64,000 nt of DNA, taken from the IMG/VR virus record IMGVR_UViG_3300032282_005553, positions 64,001 to 128,000 of that record; one strand, 5' to 3'. The stretch is from a virus. Shown here in pieces: positions 41,464-50,761 of the stretch (the first letter of the stretch is position 1; every line of letters starts with the position of its first letter). The notes beneath the pieces are model-generated. The model saw only the letters and a list, made by a program, of their open reading frames with translations, did not search any database and was not told the DNA's origin. The position numbers and the translations under genes are program-made.

Positions 41464-42158
41464 TATTTATTCAGTACAAAAGAGTCCTTAAATTTGATTT
41501 TTTGGGATAAATTTCTGTGCAATTTTAAAAATCTAATAAGAATTTCTGCACAATCTTTTACATCTTTTAGGGCGTCGTGTGCTCCTTCTTTATTTATTCC
41601 AAAATAGTCTCGTAATGTATCCAAAGTATAATTTTTAAGATCATTATTGTGTTCGAACCATAAGAAAACCAAGTTCATTATATCAACAACATCTCTTGGG
41701 AAAAATACATCCGTAGTTCCCTCTTTATTTGTATTACCGTATTTTTTGCTTAATCTATCTATTATCTTTAGATCAAACCTATGTATATTATACCCAGCAG
41801 CAATCGGAGCACTAAATTGACTTTTTTTAGATGATCTAGCGTGATACATTTCAAGATAGTTTATGAATAACTTCCAAGATTGTTCTTGCTGAGGATATTC
41901 TTTCCATTGATTTAATATATCATCCTTGGAGGAGCCTCTGACTTTGGCATGAAAGTCCAAAATATCTGTAGTATATGTATAGTTAATGTTTTTTTCTAAA
42001 GTTTCTGGCTTAAAAAAGATATTAAATTCCGACTTTGGTACAACTTCCAATTTAATGGGATCAATAATCACTGCCGCAATTTGAACAGGACTACATTCTA
42101 CTGGGTTTGATCCGTCTGTTTCAAAATCGAATACGCAAATCTTGTTATAGTTAATCAT
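41463..42158 (-). CDS. DEDDh 3'-5' exonuclease (DnaQ/epsilon-like)
   Basis: ExoI FDFET, ExoII GYNIHRFD, ExoIII HDALKD. Confidence 0.9.
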   Translation of the reverse strand: MINYNKICVFDFETDGSNPVECSPVQIAAVIIDPIKLEVVPKSEFNIFFKPETLEKNINYTYTTDILDFHAKVRGSSKDDILNQWKEYPQQEQSWKLFINYLEMYHARSSKKSQFSAPIAAGYNIHRFDLKIIDRLSKKYGNTNKEGTTDVFFPRDVVDIMNLVFLWFEHNNDLKNYTLDTLRDYFGINKEGAHDALKDVKDCAEILIRFLKLHRNLSQKIKFKDSFVLNK

Positions 42159-42333
42159 TAACTTCTACTTCCGTAATTGGTGTGATCTGTATTTTTGTGC
42201 TAGGGTCTGTTACTTGCTTTGCATTATTTACTCTACAGCAACTAATTCTTTCATCGGGAATTTTTTCATATTCAATTCCGCCAGTAGTAAATTTATCGCC
42301 CACAGCTAAATCCATAAACTTTTTAAGACTCAT
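42151..42333 (-). CDS. 60-aa hypothetical protein, small beta-barrel-like
   Basis: GGAG RBS at the end of dnaE-N; overlaps the exonuclease start; exactly fills the gap. Confidence 0.7.
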   Translation of the reverse strand: MSLKKFMDLAVGDKFTTGGIEYEKIPDERISCCRVNNAKQVTDPSTKIQITPITEVEVND

Positions 42334-42335
42334 AG

Positions 42336-44210
42336 TTATTCTCCATTCTTCAGTATGTCTTTTATGGTCATAATCTTATCAAGCATTGCTACGCCAAGAA
42401 TATCGAACTTAATAACTCCGATACTCTCCAGATCTTGCATTTCCATACCAGCAATCAATTGTTCATTTTTTGAGTCATAAACCATAGGACAAGTCTCCTT
42501 TAACGGCATTGAACTAATTGCTATACCGGCTGCGTGTTTTGACTGGTTAGACTTGGTGCCCTCTAATCTTATAGCCTGCTCAAATCTTTTGGCAAGCGGA
42601 CCCTGTAATTCATTGTTTTCGTCTATAAAACACCATTCCTTAAGTTTGTCCGGATTATTCTCCAGAGCCCATCTGATTATAGATGCTTCGCCAGTTTCCT
42701 CTTTCATTTCTTGAAGTTCATCCGCTATCTTAGCTTCATCAGGTATGTTTTTTGTTATTTTATTCATTTCATCAAATGTAATATTTCCGTATACTCTTAA
42801 TACATCTTTTAATGCACCTCTTCCTTTGATAGTATTAAAGGTTACCATTTGTGAAACTTTATCGTGTCCATATTTTTGTTTTATATATTCTATAATTAGT
42901 TCTCGCTTATTAATTGGAACGTCAACATCAATATCTGGCATAGATATATGATCTTTACTATTGCGTCCAGCATTATAAAATCTATCAAACATCAGATTGT
43001 ATCTTAATGGATCAATACTTGTGATACCTATTAAATATGACACTAAACAACCAGCCGCACTACCTCTCCCCGGTCCAGGTAACCAATTATTGTGTCTGAC
43101 ATAGTTAACTATATCTTGAACAATTAAAAAGTAGCTAGATAATCCAGCCCCTTGCAAGACTTCTAGTTCGTACTTGATTCTATCGATGTACGACTGTTGA
43201 TCATCTTTTGGTATTGCATTGGCTATTTTTTCTCTCCACCCATCTCTACATAGTTGTCTTAGATATTCATCAGGATTGTATGAATCTGGGCATTCAAACG
43301 GAGGAAGATTAGGATTGCTCAAAATATTATATTCTTCACACATATCAGCAACTAAATTTGTATTTTCTATTTCTTCTTCTGTATGAAGGCTATTTATTTC
43401 TTCCTGAGATAGTATATGAAAGTTATCAGAGGTGAAAAAACAAGATAAAGGAACATCTTCTCCATTAGATATTTTTCTACTGATTTCTGGAAAAGTAGTT
43501 TTGATGTTATTGCATAATAGTATTCTTTGGTCATTAGAATCTTCTTTGCGACAATAATGAGCATCTGGTGTGCATATTACTTTGGTATTTGTAATCTTGC
43601 CCAGTTGTCTAATAACATCAGTAAGATCAACTTGAATAGGAGTATTATCTTTGTCCATCAATTGACTTTCCAAAAAAAAGTTTTCTGGTCCAAATATGTC
43701 TTTCATTTGTTTAATTAAATTAACACCTATTTTTTCCCAATCTTTGACCAATCCATCATTTTTAATAATTTTATCGGCTAAAACCGATCCTAGATGGCCA
43801 CAAATCCCTATGAGATCACCGCCAGCAAATGCTGACAGAGCCTCAAAATTGAGCCTGGGCTTGTGATAATAAAAGTCTGGTCTGTTGGACTCGGAGATCA
43901 GACGTATTAAATTTTTCCAGCCTTTGAGATTTTTGGCCAATACTATAAAATGACTTAGTTCTTTATTTTCTTTGCTTTGTATTGTTGGATCATTATTACA
44001 TATATATAGCTCACAACCTAAAATCGGTTTGATGCCTTTTGTTTTCATTTCTTTGTGAAATTTGATAGAGCCAGCAATATTTCCATGGTCGGTCAAGGCA
44101 CAAGCCCTTGCATTAATTTCAACACACCTATCTGCGATTTGTGAAGGTTTAGATAGACCATCCAACAGACTAAACATCGAATGACAATGAAGAGGAACGT
44201 AATTTTTCAT
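42336..44210 (-). CDS. dnaE: DNA polymerase III alpha, N-terminal part (PHP + palm/thumb)
   Basis: LHCHS...LDG, TDHGN, GCE, DAHY; GRGSAAG; catalytic PDIDVD; KHAAG; KFDILG. Confidence 0.95.
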   Translation of the reverse strand: MKNYVPLHCHSMFSLLDGLSKPSQIADRCVEINARACALTDHGNIAGSIKFHKEMKTKGIKPILGCELYICNNDPTIQSKENKELSHFIVLAKNLKGWKNLIRLISESNRPDFYYHKPRLNFEALSAFAGGDLIGICGHLGSVLADKIIKNDGLVKDWEKIGVNLIKQMKDIFGPENFFLESQLMDKDNTPIQVDLTDVIRQLGKITNTKVICTPDAHYCRKEDSNDQRILLCNNIKTTFPEISRKISNGEDVPLSCFFTSDNFHILSQEEINSLHTEEEIENTNLVADMCEEYNILSNPNLPPFECPDSYNPDEYLRQLCRDGWREKIANAIPKDDQQSYIDRIKYELEVLQGAGLSSYFLIVQDIVNYVRHNNWLPGPGRGSAAGCLVSYLIGITSIDPLRYNLMFDRFYNAGRNSKDHISMPDIDVDVPINKRELIIEYIKQKYGHDKVSQMVTFNTIKGRGALKDVLRVYGNITFDEMNKITKNIPDEAKIADELQEMKEETGEASIIRWALENNPDKLKEWCFIDENNELQGPLAKRFEQAIRLEGTKSNQSKHAAGIAISSMPLKETCPMVYDSKNEQLIAGMEMQDLESIGVIKFDILGVAMLDKIMTIKDILKNGE

Positions 44211-45250
44211 TCTGTGCTTCCTGGCGCCTTGTATTTTCCTATAGCATACCCCGGTATGGTATACTCGTCAACCACCGTGTCTATACCTTTTATTTCTATA
44301 TCGTGCTTAATTTGTTCACATTTCGTCATTAGTCTGTCAACTGGTGTTAGTTGATTATCTCTATATTCGCTTATAGGATGTATATGAGTGCTATCAAAAG
44401 TTGTTTTTCCAAAATGACATAATTTTGTACATTTCCAACTTTTATTTAGTTGTGGAATTTGTGTCTGTTTTATTATTTCAAATTTTTCTTTCAACATATT
44501 TTCTGTAGATATAAGATCGCTATCGTCATAGCATATTGTAAATGGGCCACCATCATTAATAAAATTTATAGTAATCATTACGTGCTTGATATCAGGATAC
44601 AGTTGACTTACGGCATAATGGTAAATTTTCAGCTGTGGATCTTTTTGTAATTTTTCTGGAGTTTTTTCTTCTCCAGTTGCCCAATCCAATCTTCTACCAG
44701 TTTTCCAGTCTATTATCTCGATAGTGTTATCGTCTACTTTTGTAATTAAGTCTATGGTGCCTTTTATAGCTAAATTTCCTTCTAAAGTTTGTCCTTGATA
44801 ATCGTATTTAAATTTTGCCCATTTTCTTTTTATCTCAATATCAAAGTGTTGTTCTGGTTGAAGTATATTTCTGTTTCTAGGATCAAACATACCTCCGTTG
44901 TAGTCCAGTGCTTTATGAACCCAGGAATGACAATCTTTGTAATCTTTTAGTTCCCATTCATGGTGAGTAAATTGACTAGTATAATAATTATATACTTTTT
45001 CAATAAGCGTATTAAGATTATATTTTTTAATGTTGATCGACCCAACAACATCGTCTACTATTTTAGTTTCGGAATTTTGTTCGGCTAACTTGATGCACGC
45101 TAGGATCTCTAATACTTTGTGTACTATTGTTCCTTTATCAGCTTTTTTATTAGATGGCGATCTTATACCCAATACATATTCTATAAAGTATTGTTGTGGA
45201 CACATGCAATGCGTCCCATAAGAACTGCTTCTTAAGTATGTTATTATGAT
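44207..45250 (-). CDS. PD-(D/E)xK exonuclease, Cas4/AddB-like, probable Fe-S cluster; likely non-canonical start upstream of the ATG at 45205
   Basis: SSSY...CP, GTIVHKVLE, E...KGTIDL...IIDWKTG, QLKIY; C-terminal CTKLC...C. Start extended to ATC at 45250 by inference. Confidence 0.85.
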   Translation of the reverse strand: MIITYLRSSSYGTHCMCPQQYFIEYVLGIRSPSNKKADKGTIVHKVLEILACIKLAEQNSETKIVDDVVGSINIKKYNLNTLIEKVYNYYTSQFTHHEWELKDYKDCHSWVHKALDYNGGMFDPRNRNILQPEQHFDIEIKRKWAKFKYDYQGQTLEGNLAIKGTIDLITKVDDNTIEIIDWKTGRRLDWATGEEKTPEKLQKDPQLKIYHYAVSQLYPDIKHVMITINFINDGGPFTICYDDSDLISTENMLKEKFEIIKQTQIPQLNKSWKCTKLCHFGKTTFDSTHIHPISEYRDNQLTPVDRLMTKCEQIKHDIEIKGIDTVVDEYTIPGYAIGKYKAPGSTE

Positions 45251-45885
45251 AGTATCATTCCTTTATTTTTAAGAAATTGAACAATAGCATTGTTTCGCTC
45301 ATCGATTCCTAGGCTCTCATTATCTATGACTAAATCAAAATTATTGGGATCATATCTTTCTGGATCCAATGCAATTTCGCTTAAATGGGTAGAATTAAAC
45401 GGATTACGAGTTAGTCTAATTATAAAACCACCAGCATTGCGTATGGCCTCTAATTCATTTGGGAACCGACAATCAGCTATAATAGCAAAATCTAGATTTT
45501 CATTCTTTATTTTTTTGATCGTGGCATTAGTCCATACTTGATTTAGCATTTTGCGAAAAATATCGGTACCAACAACTTGCATGACTTGTCTCGCTGTCAT
45601 AAAACCGCTTGGATCATAATCTGGTTGTTCAGTATAGTTATTTTCGTATCCTACCACATTTTCCCATCTGATATTAGTCAATGAATTTTTTTGATCATCG
45701 TCGCCATAACATTGTTCTTCTGTTAATCCCAATATATTCATGCATATGTCTTGTTTTAACGGGTCTGCAAAATTATAGATTTTGGATGTGCCGGTTGTAT
45801 ACTGGGAAAATAAAGACTGCATGAATTGAGAACTAGTAGTTTTACCAGATTGTTTTCTTCCAGAAAATGCTATAATTAGTGTCAT
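45244..45885 (-). CDS. Deoxynucleoside monophosphate kinase (T4 gp1-like)
   Basis: GRKQSGKT, FADPLK, RQVMQVVGTD, DCRFPNE, HLSE. Confidence 0.9.
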   Translation of the reverse strand: MTLIIAFSGRKQSGKTTSSQFMQSLFSQYTTGTSKIYNFADPLKQDICMNILGLTEEQCYGDDDQKNSLTNIRWENVVGYENNYTEQPDYDPSGFMTARQVMQVVGTDIFRKMLNQVWTNATIKKIKNENLDFAIIADCRFPNELEAIRNAGGFIIRLTRNPFNSTHLSEIALDPERYDPNNFDLVIDNESLGIDERNNAIVQFLKNKGMILS

Positions 45886-47042
45886 ATTATTTTTCCTAAG
45901 TACTCTTTGATTTCTTTATTTATTTCTTCTGTTGTCATATCAGCAATATCTGGTTTGGATATTTCTGGTATAAAAATTCTATATGTATTTTGGCATTTAT
46001 TTTTTATCTGTTGTGCGGCTTTTTTGCCTGCCTCATCATTATCTGTTAATATAACTATATTCATCGCTCCGCTAGAATCAAGTATGATTTTTTGTCTATC
46101 GCTAAGTGAGGATCCAAAGATTGCTACGCTATTATGAATATTATTTTCTTCTAATTTCCACACGTTGCCGGGACTTTCAACAACAATAACAGTATGATTT
46201 TTTAGTATATGTTCTTTTGCAAGCCAAAAATTATACAAATGATTTTGGCTTTTAAATTCGTGATTATGCTTCCACTTGGGGAACTTCCATCTATCTGACT
46301 CATTGGGGCATTTGGTTGTAGGGTTGTGAAAACATCCACATTGTGTACATTTTTCAAAAATGGATCTGCCAGTGCATCCGACAAGATAATGATAATTGTT
46401 GTCGTATATTGGTGCAACTGCCCTGTTGTACATCTCCTTATCTACTCTATCACAAACTCCGACATCATATTTATCTAATATCTCTTTAGAAAAGCCTCTA
46501 TTCATAAAGTAATCTGCTGGAATATTTAAAGATTTTCTAACCATCTCTCTTGTGATTAGAGATTTATTTTCTATTGGAATAGTTTTTTTTACATGATTAA
46601 CTACATTTGCAAATAGAGCTTTATTTTTATCGGATTTAGATATTTTGATACTCTTTAAGTCTTTGTTTAAAAAAGATAAACAGTACTTTAGGGCTTCATC
46701 AAATGAGCAATTTTCATCACCAGCTTTTGACCAACCATATTTTTTACTAGATAAAACTCCTCTAACAAACCCTATTATTGATCCTTTAAAAAATTGTTCA
46801 CAATTATGGGTTCTACATTTCCAGTTGCCTCTATATGTTTCACCTTGATGATATATATTTACTGCCGATTGGTTGTCTCCATTATGGATTGGACAACACA
46901 TTGATACCATCTTTGAAGACATAGAATATTCAATGTCCAAAGACTGCAATAATGATTCTATATTATCGCATAAATCATCACAAACTACTTTTAGTTTGGA
47001 TTGATCAAGCGAAGGGGATTTCTTGTTCATTGTCCTTGTCAT
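45882..47042 (-). CDS. dnaG: DNA primase (Zn finger + TOPRIM)
   Basis: CPIH...WKC...C zinc-binding domain; GR; VVESP; LTDNDEAG. The start may be the Met at 47030. Confidence 0.85.
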   Translation of the reverse strand: MTRTMNKKSPSLDQSKLKVVCDDLCDNIESLLQSLDIEYSMSSKMVSMCCPIHNGDNQSAVNIYHQGETYRGNWKCRTHNCEQFFKGSIIGFVRGVLSSKKYGWSKAGDENCSFDEALKYCLSFLNKDLKSIKISKSDKNKALFANVVNHVKKTIPIENKSLITREMVRKSLNIPADYFMNRGFSKEILDKYDVGVCDRVDKEMYNRAVAPIYDNNYHYLVGCTGRSIFEKCTQCGCFHNPTTKCPNESDRWKFPKWKHNHEFKSQNHLYNFWLAKEHILKNHTVIVVESPGNVWKLEENNIHNSVAIFGSSLSDRQKIILDSSGAMNIVILTDNDEAGKKAAQQIKNKCQNTYRIFIPEISKPDIADMTTEEINKEIKEYLGKII

Positions 47043-48465
47043 CTACTATTTTAAATCCTTTATCAGATCCTGTTTTGTTATTTACTACATCTAGACGCGT
47101 TCTTCCTTCTGTTATTTTTGCACACCAACCTTTCATGTAGCAATTAATATAATCATTATCGTCTAATCCTCCACCGTGGCGACTAATGAGTGGGACCAAT
47201 TTTCTGTTACCGTTATTTGGTCCATCTTCTGCAATTTCTTCGTCACTCTTTCTTTTGAATATGGTAAAGTTGCTACACAGCCAAATGATTCTATCTGAGC
47301 CAGAAGCGGTGTCTGTACTTTCTTTTGTAATCCCGTCTCTATTTAATTGTACGAAAGCTACAATAGGTACTTTATATCTTATTGCAAAATTATGCAGACT
47401 TGTCATCATGAATCCAAGAACCTGGTATTCTTTCATATCTTGTGATATCCCAACACTATCCATAAGTTTTAAATAATCATAAAAAATTACGCAGTCTTTT
47501 GCTGTGCCGTCATCATTTAATCCAACTTCTTTAACTAGCCATCTTCTCATTATTGCCAATTGATCTTCGAAAGGTTTCCCCGCAATGCTTTTGTGATAAA
47601 TCTGCATTGTTTTAACTGATGATACTGCTTCTGTTATTTTTGTTTTTTTGTCTATTGATTCAGAGAATCTGCCTGTCTCTATATCATTGATCTCTATCTC
47701 TGTCATCATTGCCAATATTCTATTAATATGATCCTCTTTAGTCATCTCGGTATCCATATTTAGTATTGGTATACCAAGTTTAGCTATATTTGTGCTCATA
47801 TTATCTGATAATAATGTTTTGCCTGTTTTTGGTCGTGCGGCAATAACATTAACAGTTCCTTTTCTTAATCCTCCACCGATAGATTGATCATATATCGGAA
47901 AACCAGTCGGTATACCAATTTGATCAACCTTGTTAGTTTCTAGATTTTTTATGTAATCATCTAGTGATTTGCCTATTTTTTCTGGAGAGTTATCGGTATC
48001 ATTCAGTAACGAAGTGAAATTAAAAATACTATCTTCAGCTAATCCTATGATCGATGATATAGGCTCACTACCTGTTACATCCAGAATTTTATCTTGAGCT
48101 AATTCTAGTTGTTGTCTAAGTAATCTTGCTATTTCTAGTTTTCTTATCTTGGCAGCAAATTTTCTAACATTTTCTTGGCTAACAGGAAAATCCATGATAG
48201 CTTTTAGGTGTTGTGCTTCTTCTTTCTTTAGCAGAACATGGTCCAGACTTAATTCTTTTGCAGCAGAATAGATCGAGGCTATGTCTATTGCATTATTTGT
48301 TCCAGATTCGCATATTCTTTTCAAGCACTTGAAAATAATAGAATTACTGTCGATTGTAAACGATGTCTCTTGAATAATATCTGCGACATCATAATATGCC
48401 TCATCATTATAAGAGCATATACCAGCCAAAACTGCTCTTTCGGCAGCGGGATCACTTAGAATCAT
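47005..48465 (-). CDS. dnaB: Replicative DNA helicase
   Basis: AERAVLAG, TGF, AARPKTGKT, DTEM, DYLKLM, QLNR. Confidence 0.95.
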   Translation of the reverse strand: MILSDPAAERAVLAGICSYNDEAYYDVADIIQETSFTIDSNSIIFKCLKRICESGTNNAIDIASIYSAAKELSLDHVLLKKEEAQHLKAIMDFPVSQENVRKFAAKIRKLEIARLLRQQLELAQDKILDVTGSEPISSIIGLAEDSIFNFTSLLNDTDNSPEKIGKSLDDYIKNLETNKVDQIGIPTGFPIYDQSIGGGLRKGTVNVIAARPKTGKTLLSDNMSTNIAKLGIPILNMDTEMTKEDHINRILAMMTEIEINDIETGRFSESIDKKTKITEAVSSVKTMQIYHKSIAGKPFEDQLAIMRRWLVKEVGLNDDGTAKDCVIFYDYLKLMDSVGISQDMKEYQVLGFMMTSLHNFAIRYKVPIVAFVQLNRDGITKESTDTASGSDRIIWLCSNFTIFKRKSDEEIAEDGPNNGNRKLVPLISRHGGGLDDNDYINCYMKGWCAKITEGRTRLDVVNNKTGSDKGFKIVDDKDNEQEIPFA

Positions 48466-48468
48466 TTT

Positions 48469-48870
48469 TCATCCAGCGGAGGTAGAACACTTGTTACATT
48501 TATATCTATCGACAGAATCCTGAATAAGTCCAGGACTCACTTCTTCACGCCTTCCACAAACCCTGCACACAACTTTGATCATGCTGAACTTTCTTGCTCT
48601 AGGCACAGAAGGTTGAGTTCTAAGTTTTTTATCAATAATTGTATCCTCTTTATGAAGATTTTTTTCTGGCATTGAATTAAACTTGTTTGTATGTTTTTCT
48701 TTTTTGTGTCGTCTTTTTGTTTTAATAGATTTGACGACAAAGTCTTCATCATCAGTTTCTTGATGGTTATTCGTATCCGTATTCTCGATTTGAGTTTTTT
48801 GTACAGAGGGAAGCATCCCTTGGAGCATCTGTATCATAGCCTGTATTTGTTCTGGTGTCAGATTATCCAT
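48469..48870 (-). CDS. Hypothetical protein with C-terminal Zn ribbon
   Basis: CRVCG...CNKC; packed in the operon. Confidence 0.65.
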   Translation of the reverse strand: MDNLTPEQIQAMIQMLQGMLPSVQKTQIENTDTNNHQETDDEDFVVKSIKTKRRHKKEKHTNKFNSMPEKNLHKEDTIIDKKLRTQPSVPRARKFSMIKVVCRVCGRREEVSPGLIQDSVDRYKCNKCSTSAG

Positions 48871-49354
48871 TTTTGATTACCTTTATTTTCTGTATAGACA
48901 ATAAAATGTCTGATAAATTTTTGATACCATTAGCTAAATATGATAGTCTATCACTTCTTTGCTTAGCATACTTCTTGATTTTGTTTAAAGATATAGCTCT
49001 ATCATTATGTTTTATCGCTTGATAAGATTTTTCAATATAGCCATACCCTTTATAATTATTTACTTCATCCGATATAACTTCTTTGATGGTCTCTTCGACC
49101 CAATTGTATCTTGCTATTTCTCTATTTATCGTTCGTTGAATATGAAAAGAAAATTGACCTAATCTATAAGATATTTGGGCACAATCTTCTGGAGTTAATT
49201 TTTCTAATTGATCTCTGCTCATGTGCAGATATTCATTTAATTCATTTTCTGGTAAACAATTGTTACTATACTTCGGTAGACCAAGTCCATTCTCATATTC
49301 ATCTAGAAGATTATCCCACTCATTAAGTTCTTCTTTAGACGTTTTGGTTGTCAT
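48863..49354 (-). CDS. Helical protein, possibly UvsY-like recombination mediator
   Basis: All-helical 163 aa close to recA; function is an inference from size and context. Confidence 0.4.
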   Translation of the reverse strand: MTTKTSKEELNEWDNLLDEYENGLGLPKYSNNCLPENELNEYLHMSRDQLEKLTPEDCAQISYRLGQFSFHIQRTINREIARYNWVEETIKEVISDEVNNYKGYGYIEKSYQAIKHNDRAISLNKIKKYAKQRSDRLSYLANGIKNLSDILLSIQKIKVIKNG

Positions 49355-49754
49355 GTTCTATTCTTTCTTTCCATTGATCTGTGTTTTCATTGTATGGTAA
49401 TTCAACATATTTAATATTGTTTATTTCGCACCATTCTTGCTTTTCTCTGTCTCTTTTTTGAGACTTTAAGAAGTTCAATATCGTGCTATGATAAAATGGA
49501 ATAAATTTATAGTGCTGTTCTCCATGTACCTCTATACATACTTTTTTTAATGGTATGTAGAAATCTAAATATAGTGTTTCTCCTTTTCTCAATTGAATAG
49601 GAACTTCTTCCAAAATTTGCATTGTAGGATACAATTTATTAATCATGGATCTTGCTTGAAGATGAAAACTAGATTTATTTATTATTTTTCCTTTTGCAAT
49701 GTGTCCTGTTAGTGTCCAGTTAACATTGTTCCCATCCAAGTCCTTGATTAGCAT
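49335..49754 (-). CDS. DUF559/Vsr-like endonuclease
   Basis: LDFYIP...IEVHGEQHY...RDREKQEWC. Confidence 0.75.
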   Translation of the reverse strand: MLIKDLDGNNVNWTLTGHIAKGKIINKSSFHLQARSMINKLYPTMQILEEVPIQLRKGETLYLDFYIPLKKVCIEVHGEQHYKFIPFYHSTILNFLKSQKRDREKQEWCEINNIKYVELPYNENTDQWKERIEHDNQNV

Positions 49755-50761
49755 TTTAGGCCCATTGTATCTTTTATGTTCTTTACCAAAGAGGTGTATG
49801 CCTTTTGGTTTTCCAATAAGTAGTTTCTAACTTTTTCAGTACCTTGAAACTTGGGTTTATCTTCGAGAGAGGTAAGGGTATACCAAGCGCCTCCTTTATG
49901 AATCAAACCCATATCAGAAGCTAAAACTATTGCCTCGGTATATTTATCTATACCTTCTCCATATCTCAGATAGCTAGTAATATTTCCTCCCGGTGGACCG
50001 AGAGCGGAGCATATCACTTGCCATTCAATTTCTTGGCCTATTTGTGTACTATCAGCACTCAATGTCCAAGGCTTAAAGGTTTTGGCTCTTAACTTTATAT
50101 CTGTTTGATACGCTATCGCCTGTCCGCTTTTCTCTTTAAATTCTGCACCATATCCGGTTGGATTACCCATCAAGTGTGTGATTCCTATTACTATATTTTT
50201 ATTAACAGGAATTACATTTGCTACCTTACGACAAAATTTTGCTAACAGTTTGGCACCATCTGCACGTTGCATCTTATCCATTTCGCTAGTAATTTCTGCT
50301 TCTGTGCATAATGCAGAATAAGAATCTATAATCAGAACAGACCCTGGAACCTCATTGATGATTTTTTCAGCAATTTGTAGATACTCTTCTGCGTGTAAAA
50401 TTTTACCCTGTTGACTTCCTATTACATGAAATTTATCTAAATTAATTCCTGGTATTCCTTCTAAATCACGTTTTTTCAATCTACCCTCGATGTTCAGGTA
50501 GTACACTTCTCTTGTCTCTTTCAGATCTCCTTTGTATTCTGCTCTTTGTGCTGTAGCCGCAAAATCTAGTGAAGTTGTTGTTTTTCCGCACTTTGGTTGG
50601 CCCGTTAACACTACGAAACTACCTTCTGGTATTCCTCCATTAAGTATAATATCTAATGATGGACTTACCGGTATCACTGTATTTTTTCTATCAACTATGG
50701 CATTACCACTAAGAATGATATCGTCACCAAAATTTTTCACTACATCTTCTTTAAGACTCAT
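49748..50761 (-). CDS. recA: RecA/UvsX-like recombinase
   Basis: SLDIILNGGIPEG, GQPKCGKTT, IIDSYSAL, SGQAIAY, GGAWY. Confidence 0.9.
   Translation of the reverse strand: MSLKEDVVKNFGDDIILSGNAIVDRKNTVIPVSPSLDIILNGGIPEGSFVVLTGQPKCGKTTTSLDFAATAQRAEYKGDLKETREVYYLNIEGRLKKRDLEGIPGINLDKFHVIGSQQGKILHAEEYLQIAEKIINEVPGSVLIIDSYSALCTEAEITSEMDKMQRADGAKLLAKFCRKVANVIPVNKNIVIGITHLMGNPTGYGAEFKEKSGQAIAYQTDIKLRAKTFKPWTLSADSTQIGQEIEWQVICSALGPPGGNITSYLRYGEGIDKYTEAIVLASDMGLIHKGGAWYTLTSLEDKPKFQGTEKVRNYLLENQKAYTSLVKNIKDTMGLKC

Noticed and set aside
41463-42336. Split intein or group I intron joining the dnaE halves
   Set aside because: No intein N-terminal (C/S start) or C-terminal (HN) motifs at the ends, the usual intein site YSFNKSH is intact, and the gap is fully occupied by ORFs, leaving no evident room for a ribozyme core.
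44207-45250. CRISPR-Cas locus suggested by the Cas4-like nuclease
   Set aside because: No repeat-spacer array or other cas genes are present; stand-alone Cas4-like nucleases are common in phage replication modules.
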